From Guillardia theta CCMP2712 (taxonomy: Eukaryota > Protista > Cryptophyta), in assembly GCF_000315625.1 (NCBI RefSeq), contig NW_005434606.1:185154-249153 (forward strand): 64,000 bases of DNA, in the 5' to 3' direction. Under the pieces are notes generated by a model. The model saw only the letters and a list, made by a program, of their open reading frames with translations, was not told where the DNA came from and searched no databases. Made by a program: the position numbers and the translations under genes. Of the stretch, positions 23,151-36,270 are shown one piece after another. How positions within the stretch are numbered: the first letter of the stretch is position 1; every line of letters begins with the position of its first letter.

Positions 23151-25370
23151 ATGGAGATAAAATTCAGGGAGCTAGTCTTTTTAATCCTTTCTCTGTCCCT
23201 ATGCGTTGTTCAAGGCCAAGATCAATATTTGATGAAAGATGGATACTGTAAAGACTTTTCTTTGATTCCAAATCCAAGCCAGCCAAGTCAGTGCCAGTTT
23301 CTTTGCGACCGGTGATTTAGTAGATCACGCATTGTATCAGGTAGTAACGATCGCCTTTCAGGTTCAAAAGCGTATACAATGGTGGAAATGATTGTATACC
23401 CTCTCTAGCCCTCATGAAGGAGATCATTGATTCTGTCCTCCACCCATCTCTTTCAAATGCTTCTTCGACCTTGGTGCGCATCTGATGCATCTTTTGGAAT
23501 GTTCAATATCGTGATTGAGATTGACTTCCAGGAGGCCAATGCAAAAACCATGTTCTCAGGGAATTTTCTAACAAAATCCTGCTATCTGAACATGTATCAA
23601 GATTGGCAAAACAGAGATTATGCTTGTTCTGATCTCACAAATGGCACGAGAGAGACATGCTCATTCAAAATCTAATTGTTACTTCAGCTGCTCAAGCAAA
23701 AGAGTCAGCTTTGCGAAGATTTATCATTCAGTTCCTGCCGAACAAATATCATGCAAGCGAAACGAGCGCAGATTTTTACTGCATTACAACTATGTCAGTA
23801 CCTGCATGCATGCTGCTCCCTACCACTGAAAACTTTTGTTCTTCAGGTTTCGAATTCGAAATCTCATGGACAATCAATTATTCCCTTCAAGCTCTTGCAC
23901 TCAAAACGTGTTTGCTTGTACTTTGCACGTGGGACTTGTCATGTTTCCTTTCAGGGCAAATCATTGACACCGCTGACCTATGATTTCTCCACGAGTTGTC
24001 CGTCGGCATGTTGGTAATATTTTCACCATCGCGCTGCTGGCAGAAGGTGATTCTGATCGTTTTGCTACAACAGGACTGCCACGTTGAAAAATTTGTTGTC
24101 CGCCACTGAAAACAAGGGTTACTGTTGTGCCTCGCTCTACTATCAGGAGATCATCAAGTTCTTGTAAGCTTGCATGCCTCGTGTTGTCTAATTCACATTA
24201 TCTTGATCATGTTTTATCATAGATACGCTGAGACCTCTCCATCAGACATTAACAGTCAATGTGAGGACAAGTTATCTGTGGTTTGGCAGCTCAGATTTTG
24301 AAATCTTTACTTGTACAGGTTCCTCTATCCCGTGCACATCATATGATAGCGTATGTTTGCTGGAAGAATAATCTACAGCTGATGGCTCTGTTGCGTAACA
24401 GGCCCTCACCGCGTGCAACACTGCAAACCCCGGCAACACAGATTACAAGACAGATATGCTTACATCGTCAGGTTGGGAAAAACAGTGGAAAGATGAGGTT
24501 TGTTGATTTTTGGTGGCAGGTAAATGTGAGCATGCTGTCCATGTATGAGACCCCTCGACGAAGATCATTTTGCTGAAACCAAAGTTATGAATCTGGAAGA
24601 TTGTGGGTCTAGATAGAAATGAAGGGAACTTGTGAAGAAAAAAAAACGATTGATATCTTCAATTCGGATGCAGCAGGTTTGTCTAATGTTGCGGTGTGTG
24701 TGCAACAATCGGAGTTAAGCAAGCAAATTACAAGCAATGCAAGTTGAGAGTCAAAGACCTTGTCAAAGTGGTCAGAATGAGTGCAAACTTAGATCACTTG
24801 AACTGCTTTATATGTCTAGCTTGACGTGTTTCGACAAACAGAGGGCGTCCTTGAATTCTGTTATTCTCTCGCTTGACGAAGTCTGCACAAGTATCACAGC
24901 AACCTCCGAGGTCAAGCTCTGCCACGCACCTCACTGTCAGGCTCATAGTCAGGGATATCATCCACGCTATCTGCAATTCAAACATCAGTCAGACAGACTC
25001 ACTCGTATGGCATCTCTCACCCGAGGAGAAAGTTGACCTGTTCGCGTCCCCATGCAACTGCAGCTTTGACAAGGCATTGATCCATTCGTTCAAGTTTGAA
25101 TAGTTTGACTTGATCGGGTCCAACGCTAGCGTCAGGTTACCCTTGACGCAAGTCACGACCGCGAAACTGTGTAATCAAGAGAAACATCGTTGCCTCACCA
25201 AGATTGTGTTGTTGGGGAACGATGTTGGGATAGGATACGGCTCTGGCCCATAGAGCTCCTCGGCCTTGGAGAAGTAAAAGTTGCCATGCGGCGCTGAAAA
25301 CATGGTCAGAAGAGGAGAGACAGTCGGGAAGTTTACTCACTCCTCAGCTTTGGTATCGATTTGAGATGAG
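23151..25370 (+). CDS. Secreted Cys-rich hypothetical protein with many short exons
   Basis: Signal peptide MEIKFRELVFLILSLSLCVVQG followed by Cys-containing exons separated by ~50-nt introns; the 3' end is uncertain. Confidence 0.5.
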
Positions 25371-25935
25371 AAAACATTGAAGACTTGTTTAGGAGCACCG
25401 ACTTCAAGGAATCTGGCATACATCTGCACTCTGTCGTATCACCCATCCTTGCAACTCGCACCACCTACTTGCCTTGGCGAGTTCAAGTCCCTATATGCCA
25501 TCAGCCTCCTGTTGGCGTCTTCGGAAGTAAGTGAGACCCAATCCCCTTGCGTCGTCTGCTCAAACAATGAGAGCCCAGAGAGAAGAATGTCCTCGCACCT
25601 CCTTCAGCTTCGCTTCAACCGCCGCCTCATGCTCAGGCGGGTAGTTCATCTCATAAGGTTTCGAGCACACTGGGCGGACGTGCACTTGTTCTCCGCAGAT
25701 GGAGAAGTCAAAGGGGGATGGGACACGTTTAAAGTACTGCAACGAATGTCAGCAAAACAAACACTCATTCAACTCTCGACTACCGCATCTCCACCTACAT
25801 AACATTCTTCCAGATCATCCCACAAGCTGCTGCCATCCGAGTTACTCTCATTGGCAACCGCCGAGTCCTCCAGCGCTTCTAATGCTGCGAGCGCTTGCGA
25901 TGCGTTGTAAACATTGTTGGTCTCCGACATCATGC
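25340..25935 (-). CDS. Small hypothetical protein (about 4 exons)
   Basis: MMSETNNVY...DDLEEC|YFKRVPSPFDFSICG...KLKE|TTQGDWVSLTSEDANRRLMAYRDLNSPRQ|MYARFLEVGAPK... Confidence 0.55.
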
Positions 25936-26145
25936 ACTTCTGTAAGAAACAAGGATGACAAGTCAGATACGAGAAGCACACGGTCAAGAAAAGGTCCACC
26001 CTAGCGATTGACACAAGGACAGGAAGAGAATGAATATACACAGAATTGCGGGAAGGAGAGTGGGGAAGAGGCAAACAGCACAAGGGTTACAGAGGAGGCA
26101 AATCAGGAGAAACAAGAGCACGACGGGCAGGAATGGAAGAAAGAT

Positions 26146-27315
26146 TCAGACCTCCCAATGACGGTAGGCCGTGTCAATCCTCTCAGCATCCAGGATCTCG
26201 TTGTTCCACTGGCACGTGGGGCACTGGCAGCAGCAATAGTTTCTCGCGCTCTCTACCTTTCGTCTCAGGAGGTTCGCATGCACTTTAGGATGCGCATTGT
26301 AGTCCTCCAGACCCCCCGGCCTGTCCGGAAAACCAACTTCCTTCATATGCCGCGCGATCCGGATTGAGACGTTCCTCCACTCCATGTGCGTCGGCCTCCT
26401 CTCGTTCAACCACACAGTCCCCACATTGCCGTGTATGACGCAGTCCTCCACGATCCAGATCACATTCTTGGTCGAGCAGGCACAATGCAGCGATGCGAAC
26501 CGGGACCCGACAAACTTACATCCACTCAGGAGGAGGCGGCCGGAGCCCTCGGCCGATATCGCGACGGAGTTGTGATAGAACTGACATGAGAGCATCTGTA
26601 CCCTCGCAGTGTCACGTACAGACAGTCCCTGCCCGACAAGGATGCCGCACATCTCGATCCTCGACCTCTCCACTTGTACTGAGCTCTCCATCAGACATCT
26701 CAGCCCTTCAGACGCCCTCATGTACTGCGAGTTCATTCCTCCCAGGCTGCAGTCACGAAACAAACTCTTGCTCCTCAGCACAGTTCGCACGGCAACACCT
26801 CCAATGCACCTCACGTCCGTCTCGAAGAACAGCCATGGCCCTCCCATTATCTCGACGCATTCGTCGCATTGGGTATAGCTGTGCAGGCCTATCCTCATCC
26901 TCCTCACCTCGCCCGACGTCTGCTGGTAGAACGAGAAGTTTCCCCAGATCTCCGGCCTCTCTTCTACGCTTGACGACGAACTTTCGCTGGTCATGCACAA
27001 CTTCACTCCCCAGTACGCTGAGACTTTTTCACGCATGATGTGCCTGCCCTGTTTGAAGACGAAGTTGCCATACGAGCCATATTCTAGCGAGGATATTTTA
27101 TCCGGGAAGGAGGTATCGTTGGTATCTATCAAGGTTGCTCCATGAAAGAGCTCATGGGAAGAGACGGCAGGGCTGCTCCCTCCGCGCAGGTTCAGTGTAC
27201 AAGGAAGACGAGCACATAGGCTGAAGCGAGGGACCAAAGAATAAGAGCCAAGGTGGGAGTCTAGCATTGTAAACATGCATGCGAGCATGGCAGTTGTCAA
27301 CTTCATTGTTATCAT
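26146..27315 (-). CDS. Signal-peptide protein with right-handed parallel beta-helix (pectin-lyase-like) region
   Basis: Hydrophobic N-terminus plus LRGG; GPWLFFETDVRC, FRDCSLGG, VERSRIEMCG and LLLSGCKF resemble beta-helix repeats. Confidence 0.65.
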   Translation of the reverse strand: MITMKLTTAMLACMFTMLDSHLGSYSLVPRFSLCARLPCTLNLRGGSSPAVSSHELFHGATLIDTNDTSFPDKISSLEYGSYGNFVFKQGRHIMREKVSAYWGVKLCMTSESSSSSVEERPEIWGNFSFYQQTSGEVRRMRIGLHSYTQCDECVEIMGGPWLFFETDVRCIGGVAVRTVLRSKSLFRDCSLGGMNSQYMRASEGLRCLMESSVQVERSRIEMCGILVGQGLSVRDTARVQMLSCQFYHNSVAISAEGSGRLLLSGCKFVGSRFASLHCACSTKNVIWIVEDCVIHGNVGTVWLNERRPTHMEWRNVSIRIARHMKEVGFPDRPGGLEDYNAHPKVHANLLRRKVESARNYCCCQCPTCQWNNEILDAERIDTAYRHWEV

Positions 27316-27911
27316 CGCAACATTCTCATCTTCTTCACGCCATCGCCTCCTCGATCCTTCAATGCGCCTAAATGCATTGGATCCCGGTACCCCTCATCCC
27401 CACACTTATAGTAGGTAATGTAACGGTCAATATAACGGCGTGAGATCAACGGTTCGAGTGCGACGGTCACCGTTTCCCGGCCCTACGTCACTGGGCTGCC
27501 CTAAAGGCTTCTCCCTCCTCCCTCTCCTTCTCCCCTCCCCTCCCTCCCCCCCTCTCCCTCCTTGCCCGAGACCGTGCTAGTAGGCTCGCTCTCTCTCTCC
27601 CGGGTCCTGGCGGCGAGGGCCTCAGCCTGTCTTGCTAAGTTGCGGCAAGTCACAAAGTTGGTTCCGGGGGGTTTGCGATCTAAGTTCCTTGCCGTCGCTT
27701 TCGGAGATCTTGAGGCTCTGCCAGTGAACAAGCCGACTTGAAAAGCAGCTCAACCGTTGAGCAACACTGCGGCACATCACACCGAATGGCAGCTTGACGG
27801 TCAGCTGAACTTGAACTCGGAACCGGCCCATCTCACGAAATCTTCTTGTTCCTGCATTGACTGAGTTTCGCCATCGATTGAGCTGCTTGGGAATGTAAAC
27901 TCTTCCTCATC

Positions 27912-30156
27912 ATGTACTGGCGCATATTCCTTTTCCTCTGCGCATACTTGCAAGCATGTCACGCATCTCCATCCTACTTCCTCACGCTGGTTGCGACTAC
28001 GTCCGACAACGCTGCCATCCAGCCCAATTCAGCAGCGTACACGAGCGATGGCAAGACGTTGCTATACGCTGAGGCAGGGATAGGGTTTGGGAGGATCATG
28101 GGCTTGGACGTGGCGACTAGCCGAGTGCAAGTGGTGGCCGGCTCGAGCAGCGGGGGCGAGAGCGATGGGATTGGCACTCAGGCTCAGTTCAACCAGCCAA
28201 GGACAGTGCGAGTCAACGGGACAGTAGCATACATCACAGACAGCATCTCCTGCTCCATCCGCCAGTTGGACTTGCTCACGCTACAGGTCACCACCCTCTA
28301 CAGGTACCCCTACCCGCTCGTGTCGCAGCAGATCCAAGGCAAGTGCTACTGGGGTTTGGCAGTCGACTCGGCGAACAACAGACTGTACGTGTCTTGCGCG
28401 TACAACAGCACGATCATGCAGTTGGACCTGACGACCAGGACCATGTCTGTGCTGGCCGGGGATGGAAATGTTGGAAGCAAGAACGGAAGAGGTACAGCAG
28501 CTACATTCTACACACCACAAGGAATCGCGTACTCCTCAAAGCAGTCAGCAATTTATGTGAGTTGCGCGTTTACTGCACTTGATGATGTTCAGAAGAACTG
28601 AATGGTTTATGGTGAAGGTGTCAGATTATCAAAACTCTCTCATCAGGAAGATTGAAGTCAACACCAGGGTGATGAAAGACATTGACTTGATCATCCTTCG
28701 CTTCTGATGTGCTTTCACAGGAGGTGACGACAGCAGCGGGCAGTCTGAGCGTTGGCTGTGCGGATGGGCCAGCGACAAGCGCGCAGTTTCTGTATCCGAA
28801 GGGGCTAGTGATGGACCTGCAGGAATCAAAGATATACGTCGCTCAGGAGGGATCCAATGGTACGGTCAGACAACTTGACCTGCTCACTAACCAGGTCTCC
28901 ACCATCGCCGGGTCTTGTGTTGGAGGTGTTTCCTACACGTCGTCAAACAGCTCCTTGTTTCTCAATGCGATTCTGAGCGCCAAGGTCAAGATACTCACAG
29001 CCGTGGACGTCGCTGTGGACCCGGCAGGGAACGCAGTCGTGGTGGTAGATCACAACTACCGGGCCCTGTACGCCACCACCCTCTGCAACTTTGTGGCCTG
29101 CGATCTCGGGTACTGGAGGACAAAATGCGACCTCAAGGCCGGTGGGGGCTGCAAGGCCTGCACCAAGGCAGAGTACAGCAGCATCACAAGGCAGGCAGAG
29201 CCGTTCGACACAGATACCTGTCTGTGGGCGTGCAACGTGGGCTACTGGCAGAGCGGACCTCTGACGTGCAGCAAGTGCAACAACTCGATCCCGCAGTTCT
29301 CCAGCTACTCGGGCACGAGCTCGTCCAACATCTGCCCCTATGCGTGCGACACCGGCTACGAGCTCTACGACTCTTGTGCCGGCACCTCAGTCTGCATCGA
29401 GCCGAGGATGCGGTGCCGGGTCATCCCCGACCGCTTCTGCTTCCTCTCCTCCCAGGTCGCAAGCCCCAAGTGCGCGCAGACTCCCTTCCAGATCCGGGGC
29501 TGCGCCAAGGACGTGAAAACGTTGGACGCGGCTGCTGGGGCTCTGTCCAAGGTGTTCGACGAGTTCATGAGCTCGAGCTCAGACCTCAACGACTTCTTCA
29601 CCCGCGGGGCCTCGACTCTCAAGAGCCGGCTCGTGCAGGCGGCCTCGACGGTGAGCGGGTACGTGTACCAGACAGGTCTCTCCAACCCCTTCGACAACAC
29701 GGGCCCTTGCGGCCTCATCGACGCGAAGTCTGCGGCGAGTTCGGGGGTGAGCAGGAGGGGAGCTGGAGAGGGTCTGACGTGAGTTGACAGTCGCTTGAGA
29801 ACTACTTCTGCACCATGCGCTCGTTGCTGACGGAGCAGCTGCTGGGGACCTGTCAGTCCGAGTCTCAGTGTCCCAGCGGGGCCCCGAGCCCTGTGCTTCC
29901 CTGCTGCTACCTCTTTCAGAAGCTGCTCAAGGACTCTTGCCATAATTTCAACTACACCTTGTACTACAAGTACACACAGCCGGTGAGGAGGATGAGGGTC
30001 TTTCTTGGTGTGATGGTTGGGTAGGTGGAAGGGATCTGCAACTTTGCAAACAACTGTTACATCGGCAGCAGTTGGCGACTAGATGCACGGGGCGGAACTT
30101 GTGTTGCCCTCGCTCTGGTGCTGGTCGTTGTGACAGGGCGGATGTTTGCTGTTTGA
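27912..30156 (+). CDS. Secreted/surface NHL-repeat protein with Cys-rich repeats and hydrophobic C-terminal tail
   Basis: Signal peptide; NHL motifs DGIGTQAQFNQP, NGRGTAATFYTPQGIA and DGPATSAQFLYPKGL; CxWACNVGYW and CPYACDTGY modules; ends GTCVALALVLVVVTGRMFAV*. Confidence 0.85.
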
Positions 30157-30173
30157 CAACACAGTCAAGTGAA

Positions 30174-30281
30174 GGAGGAGGAGGAGGAGGAGGAGGAGGA
30201 GGTGGTGGTGGTGGTGGTGGAGGAGGAGGGGGAAGAGGAAGAGGAGGAGGAGGAGGAGGAGGAGGAGGAGGAGGAGGAGGA
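30174..30281 (+). repeat. (GGA/GGT)n microsatellite between convergent genes
   Basis: Direct observation. Confidence 0.95.
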
Positions 30282-30418
30282 GCATTGATAGACAATGAAT
30301 GCGCCAATACATCAACGAGGTGCACACAGAAAGGCTCTGCTGTTGGATATTTACAAACACTCAATCGACACATATACAGCCTCATGCTTCCTCCCATGGT
30401 CCCATGGTACAACCTCCG

Positions 30419-33400
30419 TTACGTTAAGAGCTTCTTTGAGATGGCAAAATCAACAAAAGGAGCGAACAGCTGCTGAATCTTTGCAGTCAGCTGCTGAGTA
30501 TGTTGCAACCCCTGCCAACCAGCAATTGTCAAGTCGCGTCCTCCCAGCTCCTCCAAGTTCCTCTCGATGATCTCTCCTCCTCTCTGCTCTACCTGTACGC
30601 TCTCATTCAGCGTCATGAAGCTCTGGGTGAAGAGCGAGTCATAGTTGGCTGTCTCAAGGAGCTCCTCTCCTCCTCGAGCGTCGCCGATGGCATCCATGAG
30701 CGGCCGGCAGGTCTCGGGCTCGTTTCTGTGGGGAAGAAGATAAGGATTGAAAGAGGAGAATGCGGACTTGTTGAGGATCATAACGAGTGAGAAGGAGGAG
30801 GAGGGCGAGGAGGAGGAGGAGGAGGACGATGAGAAGGAAGGGGAGAGTAGGAGATTGAGGATGAAACGGGCAGGTTGGCAGGCTGGGAAAGTGGAGAAGG
30901 AGAATGACAAGATGAGGAGATGAGGGAAACAGGAGCTTACATGCATGCCAAGTCGTACTCCTCGGGGGTAAGTCGCTGCAAGACGTGCATGGCACGAGTG
31001 ACCCTGCTCAGCCGTTATTCCAACATCCCTTCGATACCTTCCGACACTCCTCCTCACCCCTCCCCTCTACTGTTTCCTCTGCATCCCCCCGTTCCCTTCC
31101 TCTTTCTCCTGCTCCTTCTTGTCTTGCTCCCGTCTTACTTCTTCTGCATCTCCTCCTGTTCCTCTCTTCTTCTCTTACCGTCCATATGCGTCCCGTTCCT
31201 TCATCGAGGTGAGCCGGACGAGGAAGGGGTCGATCAGTTTTCCACTCTAGAGCAAAAGTCGTCATTATCTCCCTTCATCGCGCCTGCTCCTTACCCGCGG
31301 ACATCTCCTAAGAATGCGGAGGTTGCGAACGATCCTCGAGTCCAGCAGCTTCACGGTCTCATCTGCATCGCAATCCTCGTCATCGACCTGCTCCCTTCCC
31401 CCTCTCCTCTCTCCTCTCCCTCCTCCCCCGCGACTTCTGACTGACATGCCATGCTGCCGAAAAACTCGAGCTCGGAGTGAGGCAGCCAGTTGTCGCAGTT
31501 GCCGAGGCGCGCGAGCATCTCGTCCGGGTGCATGTTGAGGAAGGTGGCAATGCCTGAGCTGATCTGGAGGAGGAAGAAGCAAGGAACAGCAGCGACAGAA
31601 AGGGTACACAAGGAAGGGAAGGATAGGAGGAAAGAAAGGAGGATGAGTGCAGGGTAGCAGATGCTCAACAAGGATTGTCAACCTCTAATTTGGTCCGAAC
31701 CATCGTATTCGGATCTATCTCCATGATCCAGTACCTGATGGGATGATATCAATATCTTCGATATCCAATGGTCATGTTGTGTTGAAGTTCGAAAGGGTCG
31801 GCCATTTTCTCTCATCTTATCCAAAGCATCATCATCATCATCATTACAGCAATCTTTTTGTTTTGCCACCGCAATCGATGGTGAAATTTCATCATCACAA
31901 CCCCGGCAGAAACAAACTTCAACAAAGTCAACAACTTTGGTATCATCTACATCCACATATCATCATCATCAATTCGTCGTGATCAACATCGACCCACAAA
32001 CAAGAGAAAAGCTTTTCACCCTAAGTTTGCTTGCGATGACACCGACTCTCTCAGGTCGTCAATGTTAAATATGCTGTGACCTGAAACACGTACAAGTTCA
32101 CAAACGAGTTGCCAGCACAAGCTTGTCCTCACCGTTTGCGGCCGATTGTTGGCATCTCATCGCTGCAAACTCTCCCATATTTGCGCTACAACAAGACAAT
32201 CGGCATCCACCACCTCTACTCCATTCTAGCCATTCTGTACCTGGTTGCTATCCGTTCTATCGCATGCAAACCATTGAAGAAGGCTGTTCGTACGGGTGAA
32301 GGCATATCGTGGAACATCTTTACCATCCTGTCGACATCTAGTCATTTGCTATGGGATGCAAGGGGGGCTGTTACAGAGTCTTGTTGTACCCAGCCTGCCA
32401 AAACGCTTTCACCAGCAGCTGAGGGAGCTGCAGCCGTTCAACACGTTCATCAACATTCTTCAGGAACCCGTTAGTGCGTCATAACAACCAAGTGATCGCA
32501 AGAGCACACTTGTCCTGATATCGGATCTCGGAGGTACAAGTGCATGGCCGTCTGCAGGGGTCTCAGCACGTAGAGCTGCTCGGAAGAATGTGCTGCAAAG
32601 GATTCGAAGCTTTCGCTGGCACTGCAAGACAAGTTCACAACACTCATCTAGGTACTTGAGGTCGATCACGGGAGATCGTAGAAAGTTTCCGAGGTGTCCG
32701 GCGTCCTTCGTTTCTGGGGCAGCACAATCTGCAGGACACAGAAGAAAACATCAGCAATACGCGCCCCTGACTGCAGCCATGAGGCTTCACCTCTCCATCT
32801 TGCTCTTCAGAGATGTCAACGAGCTCGTCCTCTGCTACAAACACTTGAGACCACAGCACAACAAGCGCAGAGGGCCCTCACGTTGCAGATCTGTCAGATC
32901 TGATCCCATGCACTCCAAGTGACGCCCGCTTGACACACATCTCGAGCCTACGATGGAGCATAAGGAGGATGAGAAGGAAGAAAGTCTCCTCGCACATGGC
33001 CGCATTTTGTCGCACTTCACTTTCCGCCTTCTGCAGAACGAGCATGATTCCTGTCAACCCGTGCTGGTCAAGCTGCCTTCGAGGGGACATGCATCTCTAA
33101 CAACACCTTCTGCTCCGTCTTCGTGCACGCATGGGCTTGTCCTGTTCAACCTCACAGTGAATGCGAGGAGTTCAAACACTTTGAACACACCTCTGATTTG
33201 GCAGTTTAGACAGGGGGTCATCCCATCGCATTTCTTCTTCTGTTGTCGAAGTGAGGAGATGTACTTCTATATTCTCTCTTCCTGCTATTCCTCTTCGTCT
33301 AGTGCCTCTTCCCAGGCTCTCTTCTCTTTCCCCGAGCCCATCTGCCTACAGTTTTCTGAGGGTTTAAGATGCAGTTGTCCTCCGCTCGACCATCACCGAT

Positions 33401-33689
33401 CAAAATTCTAGTCATGGGCTAGCTTGCCGTGCTTGCCCTTTCTCCGTCTTCGCCTCCTCCTCCACTTCCGCTCCGTCCCTCTCCCATCCACCCCTCCTCC
33501 TGTTTTCCTCCTCCCCGAGTTCCTCCCCCTCTTCGTCCTTGCCATTCACCTCGTCCTCTGTTTCTTTCCCTCCCCCCTTCTCTCTCCTCTTCCTCTCCTC
33601 TATCATGACCGTGCATGCCCCTGCCTCGTTTCGTCTTCTCTCGTCGTTCTTACCAGTTTCCGGCATGGGAGACAAGCTTGCCCTCGCAT
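30419..33689 (-). CDS. Transcription factor with two tandem Zn(II)2Cys6 clusters
   Basis: MRGQACLPCRKL|KKKCDGMTPCLNCQIR|GQAHAC and ESCSFCRRRKVKCDKMRPCAR|CVSSGRHLEC; downstream exons include ATFLNMHPDEMLARLG. Confidence 0.82.
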
Positions 33690-34089
33690 TTCGTTTCGAC
33701 GTCTAGTAGTGTACCCTCCTTCTATCGGGATGTACATCAAAAAACTTGTGTTGTGGGGTAGTCTCAGAGAAGGACTCAAAACCAGGGGTACGCCAGTAAG
33801 TCGACCATTACCCCAGGGGTCATTTTCCTCAATTATTGGCTATCAATAGTGGGTAGGGTTATCCAACGCACGGGTGGACGAAAGCTGCTGCTGGTTGAAG
33901 GAGTACCGGTAGTGATTTCCATTGGGAAACGAGGGGTGGCTGAGACCAATTCTTTTTCTTTACTGAGATATGAACACAGGGGAATGCAGGGGGGAAGGGT
34001 CCTGTGCGAAGTTAAGTGAAGATATCAGTTAAGTTCGGGAGGCAGCAGTCGGCAGGATGAGGGTTGGTTCTCAATGTCTTTCTCTTCTG

Positions 34090-34390
34090 ACGGTCCGCAC
34101 TGGCCAGGTCAAAACTGAAAGCCGCTCCCGGGCCGGAGTCTCGGACGGGCGGCCAGTGTCCCTCCGGGAGACCGGCGAGTCGGACGGTCCCGGTCCGAGT
34201 CCGAGCAAATTCTTCCGTCGGGGCGCCGGGCCGGGCCCGGGCCGCCGGGCACGGTTTCGTTGAACGGTTAGTGAGCGCCTCCGTCACAGTGTCCGATCCC
34301 GGACGGCCCTTTCAAGTCTGAGGCTCTGGCCCGGGCAGCCGGGCTGAGTCAGTTTACTACCGGCGTAGTACTGCCAAGTTACGGTTACAT
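34090..34390. other. GC/CpG-rich intergenic island
   Basis: Same vocabulary as the other islands. Confidence 0.65.
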
Positions 34391-34619
34391 TCCGTTCCAA
34401 TTCCCTTCTGGAATTTTTCACGTATCGAAAGGGGTTCTTATTCTCAAATATTTTGATTTCACGGTTCTCAAATTTTGTACTGCGATTGAAAAAGGTTCTG
34501 AAATATTATTGTCTAACAAAAAGAATCCTTTTCGCACAATTTTGGGCCATCTCCCCGCTCAGGCCCACCGTAATTCCCCGGCGCGCGCCGTGCCTGTGAA
34601 AATTTTTGCAATGGTCATG

Positions 34620-36270
34620 CTTCAGAGAAGCACGAATGAGGGTTCCATCTCTTACAAACAACATGTTTCTAAGCCATGGTTGCTTTTCAGAGAATGGTTT
34701 TGATCAAGGTTAGCTTATTCCAAATCAGTATTTGATGCATGGTGTAGGTTTGTCTATGAAATCGGTGTATACAGAAGTGATTTGATGTTGGTTGTTCAAT
34801 TTTGCCACTTATTGCTCCTTGCGATGATGGGGCAAAATCGTTATTATTGTAGCGTCATTACTCATGCACAATTATGGAGTGTGTTGGATGTGAATGTATT
34901 TGAGTCGAGCCAGTGACTTGTCAACCTGTTCTCATGTCCACCAACAACTTGTAAATCAACAAGATGTAAATCCTCGGTGAGCTTTGATTGCTGCAAGATT
35001 TCAAAGACTCGAATACATTCCTAGCACAGTATTTCAGCTTTAGAGTTTTTCTTCAGAGCAGGCTGTCTGATGCACTATGTAGAAGGGAGAAAACTTTTCG
35101 CAGTGATTAACAGCAAAGAATTCAAGCCAGATGCGTTTTCAATTAGGAGAGCAGTGCTGATGCATTGCTCTGAGGCTGTCAAATTTGTTACGGTGCAGAT
35201 GAATTCCTTGTAAACTTTCAATTGCCGAAATTTTCAGATGAAGATGTTCCGTGAGTAGAGTTGAGATCATGTATGAAGTCTCGATGAAATGAATATGAGT
35301 TTTGACAAAATCAGGCTTTTCGAACATGTGTTAAAATTTCCAGGGCCTCAGTGTTGGCAAGGCTTTGACATGATGCCAAACATTCATATGTCTTGGGACA
35401 CACATGTGCGGCATATGCGTGCTTGTACTAAAAGACTTGCATGTTTCTGTTGAAAGTCGATCAACAGAGGAGAAACCTTGTCACCGCGCATGCTAGTTCG
35501 AATCTTTTATTGAAAATAGACATGTTCATTACTGGACTGCATCTACACGATCAATAAGCCCATCCTTCCTTGTGCATTTGAACTCCGATGTTCAAGTATG
35601 TGATCATTGCCACCTGGGTGACACCGCAAAAAATACAAGAAGTTTTCTTGCTTCTTGGATATCAGTCTTGGATTGCTTCAAAATAGGGCGGAAGGGACGG
35701 GCAGTAGATAATTGAATGACCTCAAACTCATCTTTTGTTGCTACATTGTGTACATGCATGCCTGTTAACAAACAGACGAGGCGAATGCTCACTTGCAGCT
35801 TCGCGATTCGACAAATAAGGGCATCAGTGCATGGGCCAGGATATCCACAATGACACGGCAACAATCCAAGAACTTTTGGATTGACAAACATTCCAGACAT
35901 GTAGTCATGCATTAGAATCAGTAACTTGCCTAACACAGCTTGTTGATGCAACTGCTTTCTTTCTGATAATAACATTGATGGCTGTCATTCAAGTCTAAAG
36001 TTGATGGGCCATATCCCCCAGTTCCTCTGACAGCAGTTGACTTAGATATTGGCTGAGATGAATCAAGATCTCGCTAACGATCAACATGTTCCCTGACTTC
36101 GAAAAGCGTTGACATACATCGAAGTTTGAATCCATTGCACTTGGTTCATCACCACAACAGAGCTGCATTCATGCAAGGTAGGTTCTTTTCAAGACCCTTC
36201 TTGTATATATGCAACAATACAACATGATTCGAAGCATACACGCATGAAAATTCGATTGCAACACGTCCTC
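34620..36270 (-). pseudogene. Fragmented Cys-containing gene or relic, lower GC
   Basis: Coding-like pieces (RGTGGYGPSTLDLNDSHQCYYQKESSCINKLC; LLPCHCGYPGPCTDALIC) that I could not splice into a full model. Confidence 0.3.
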
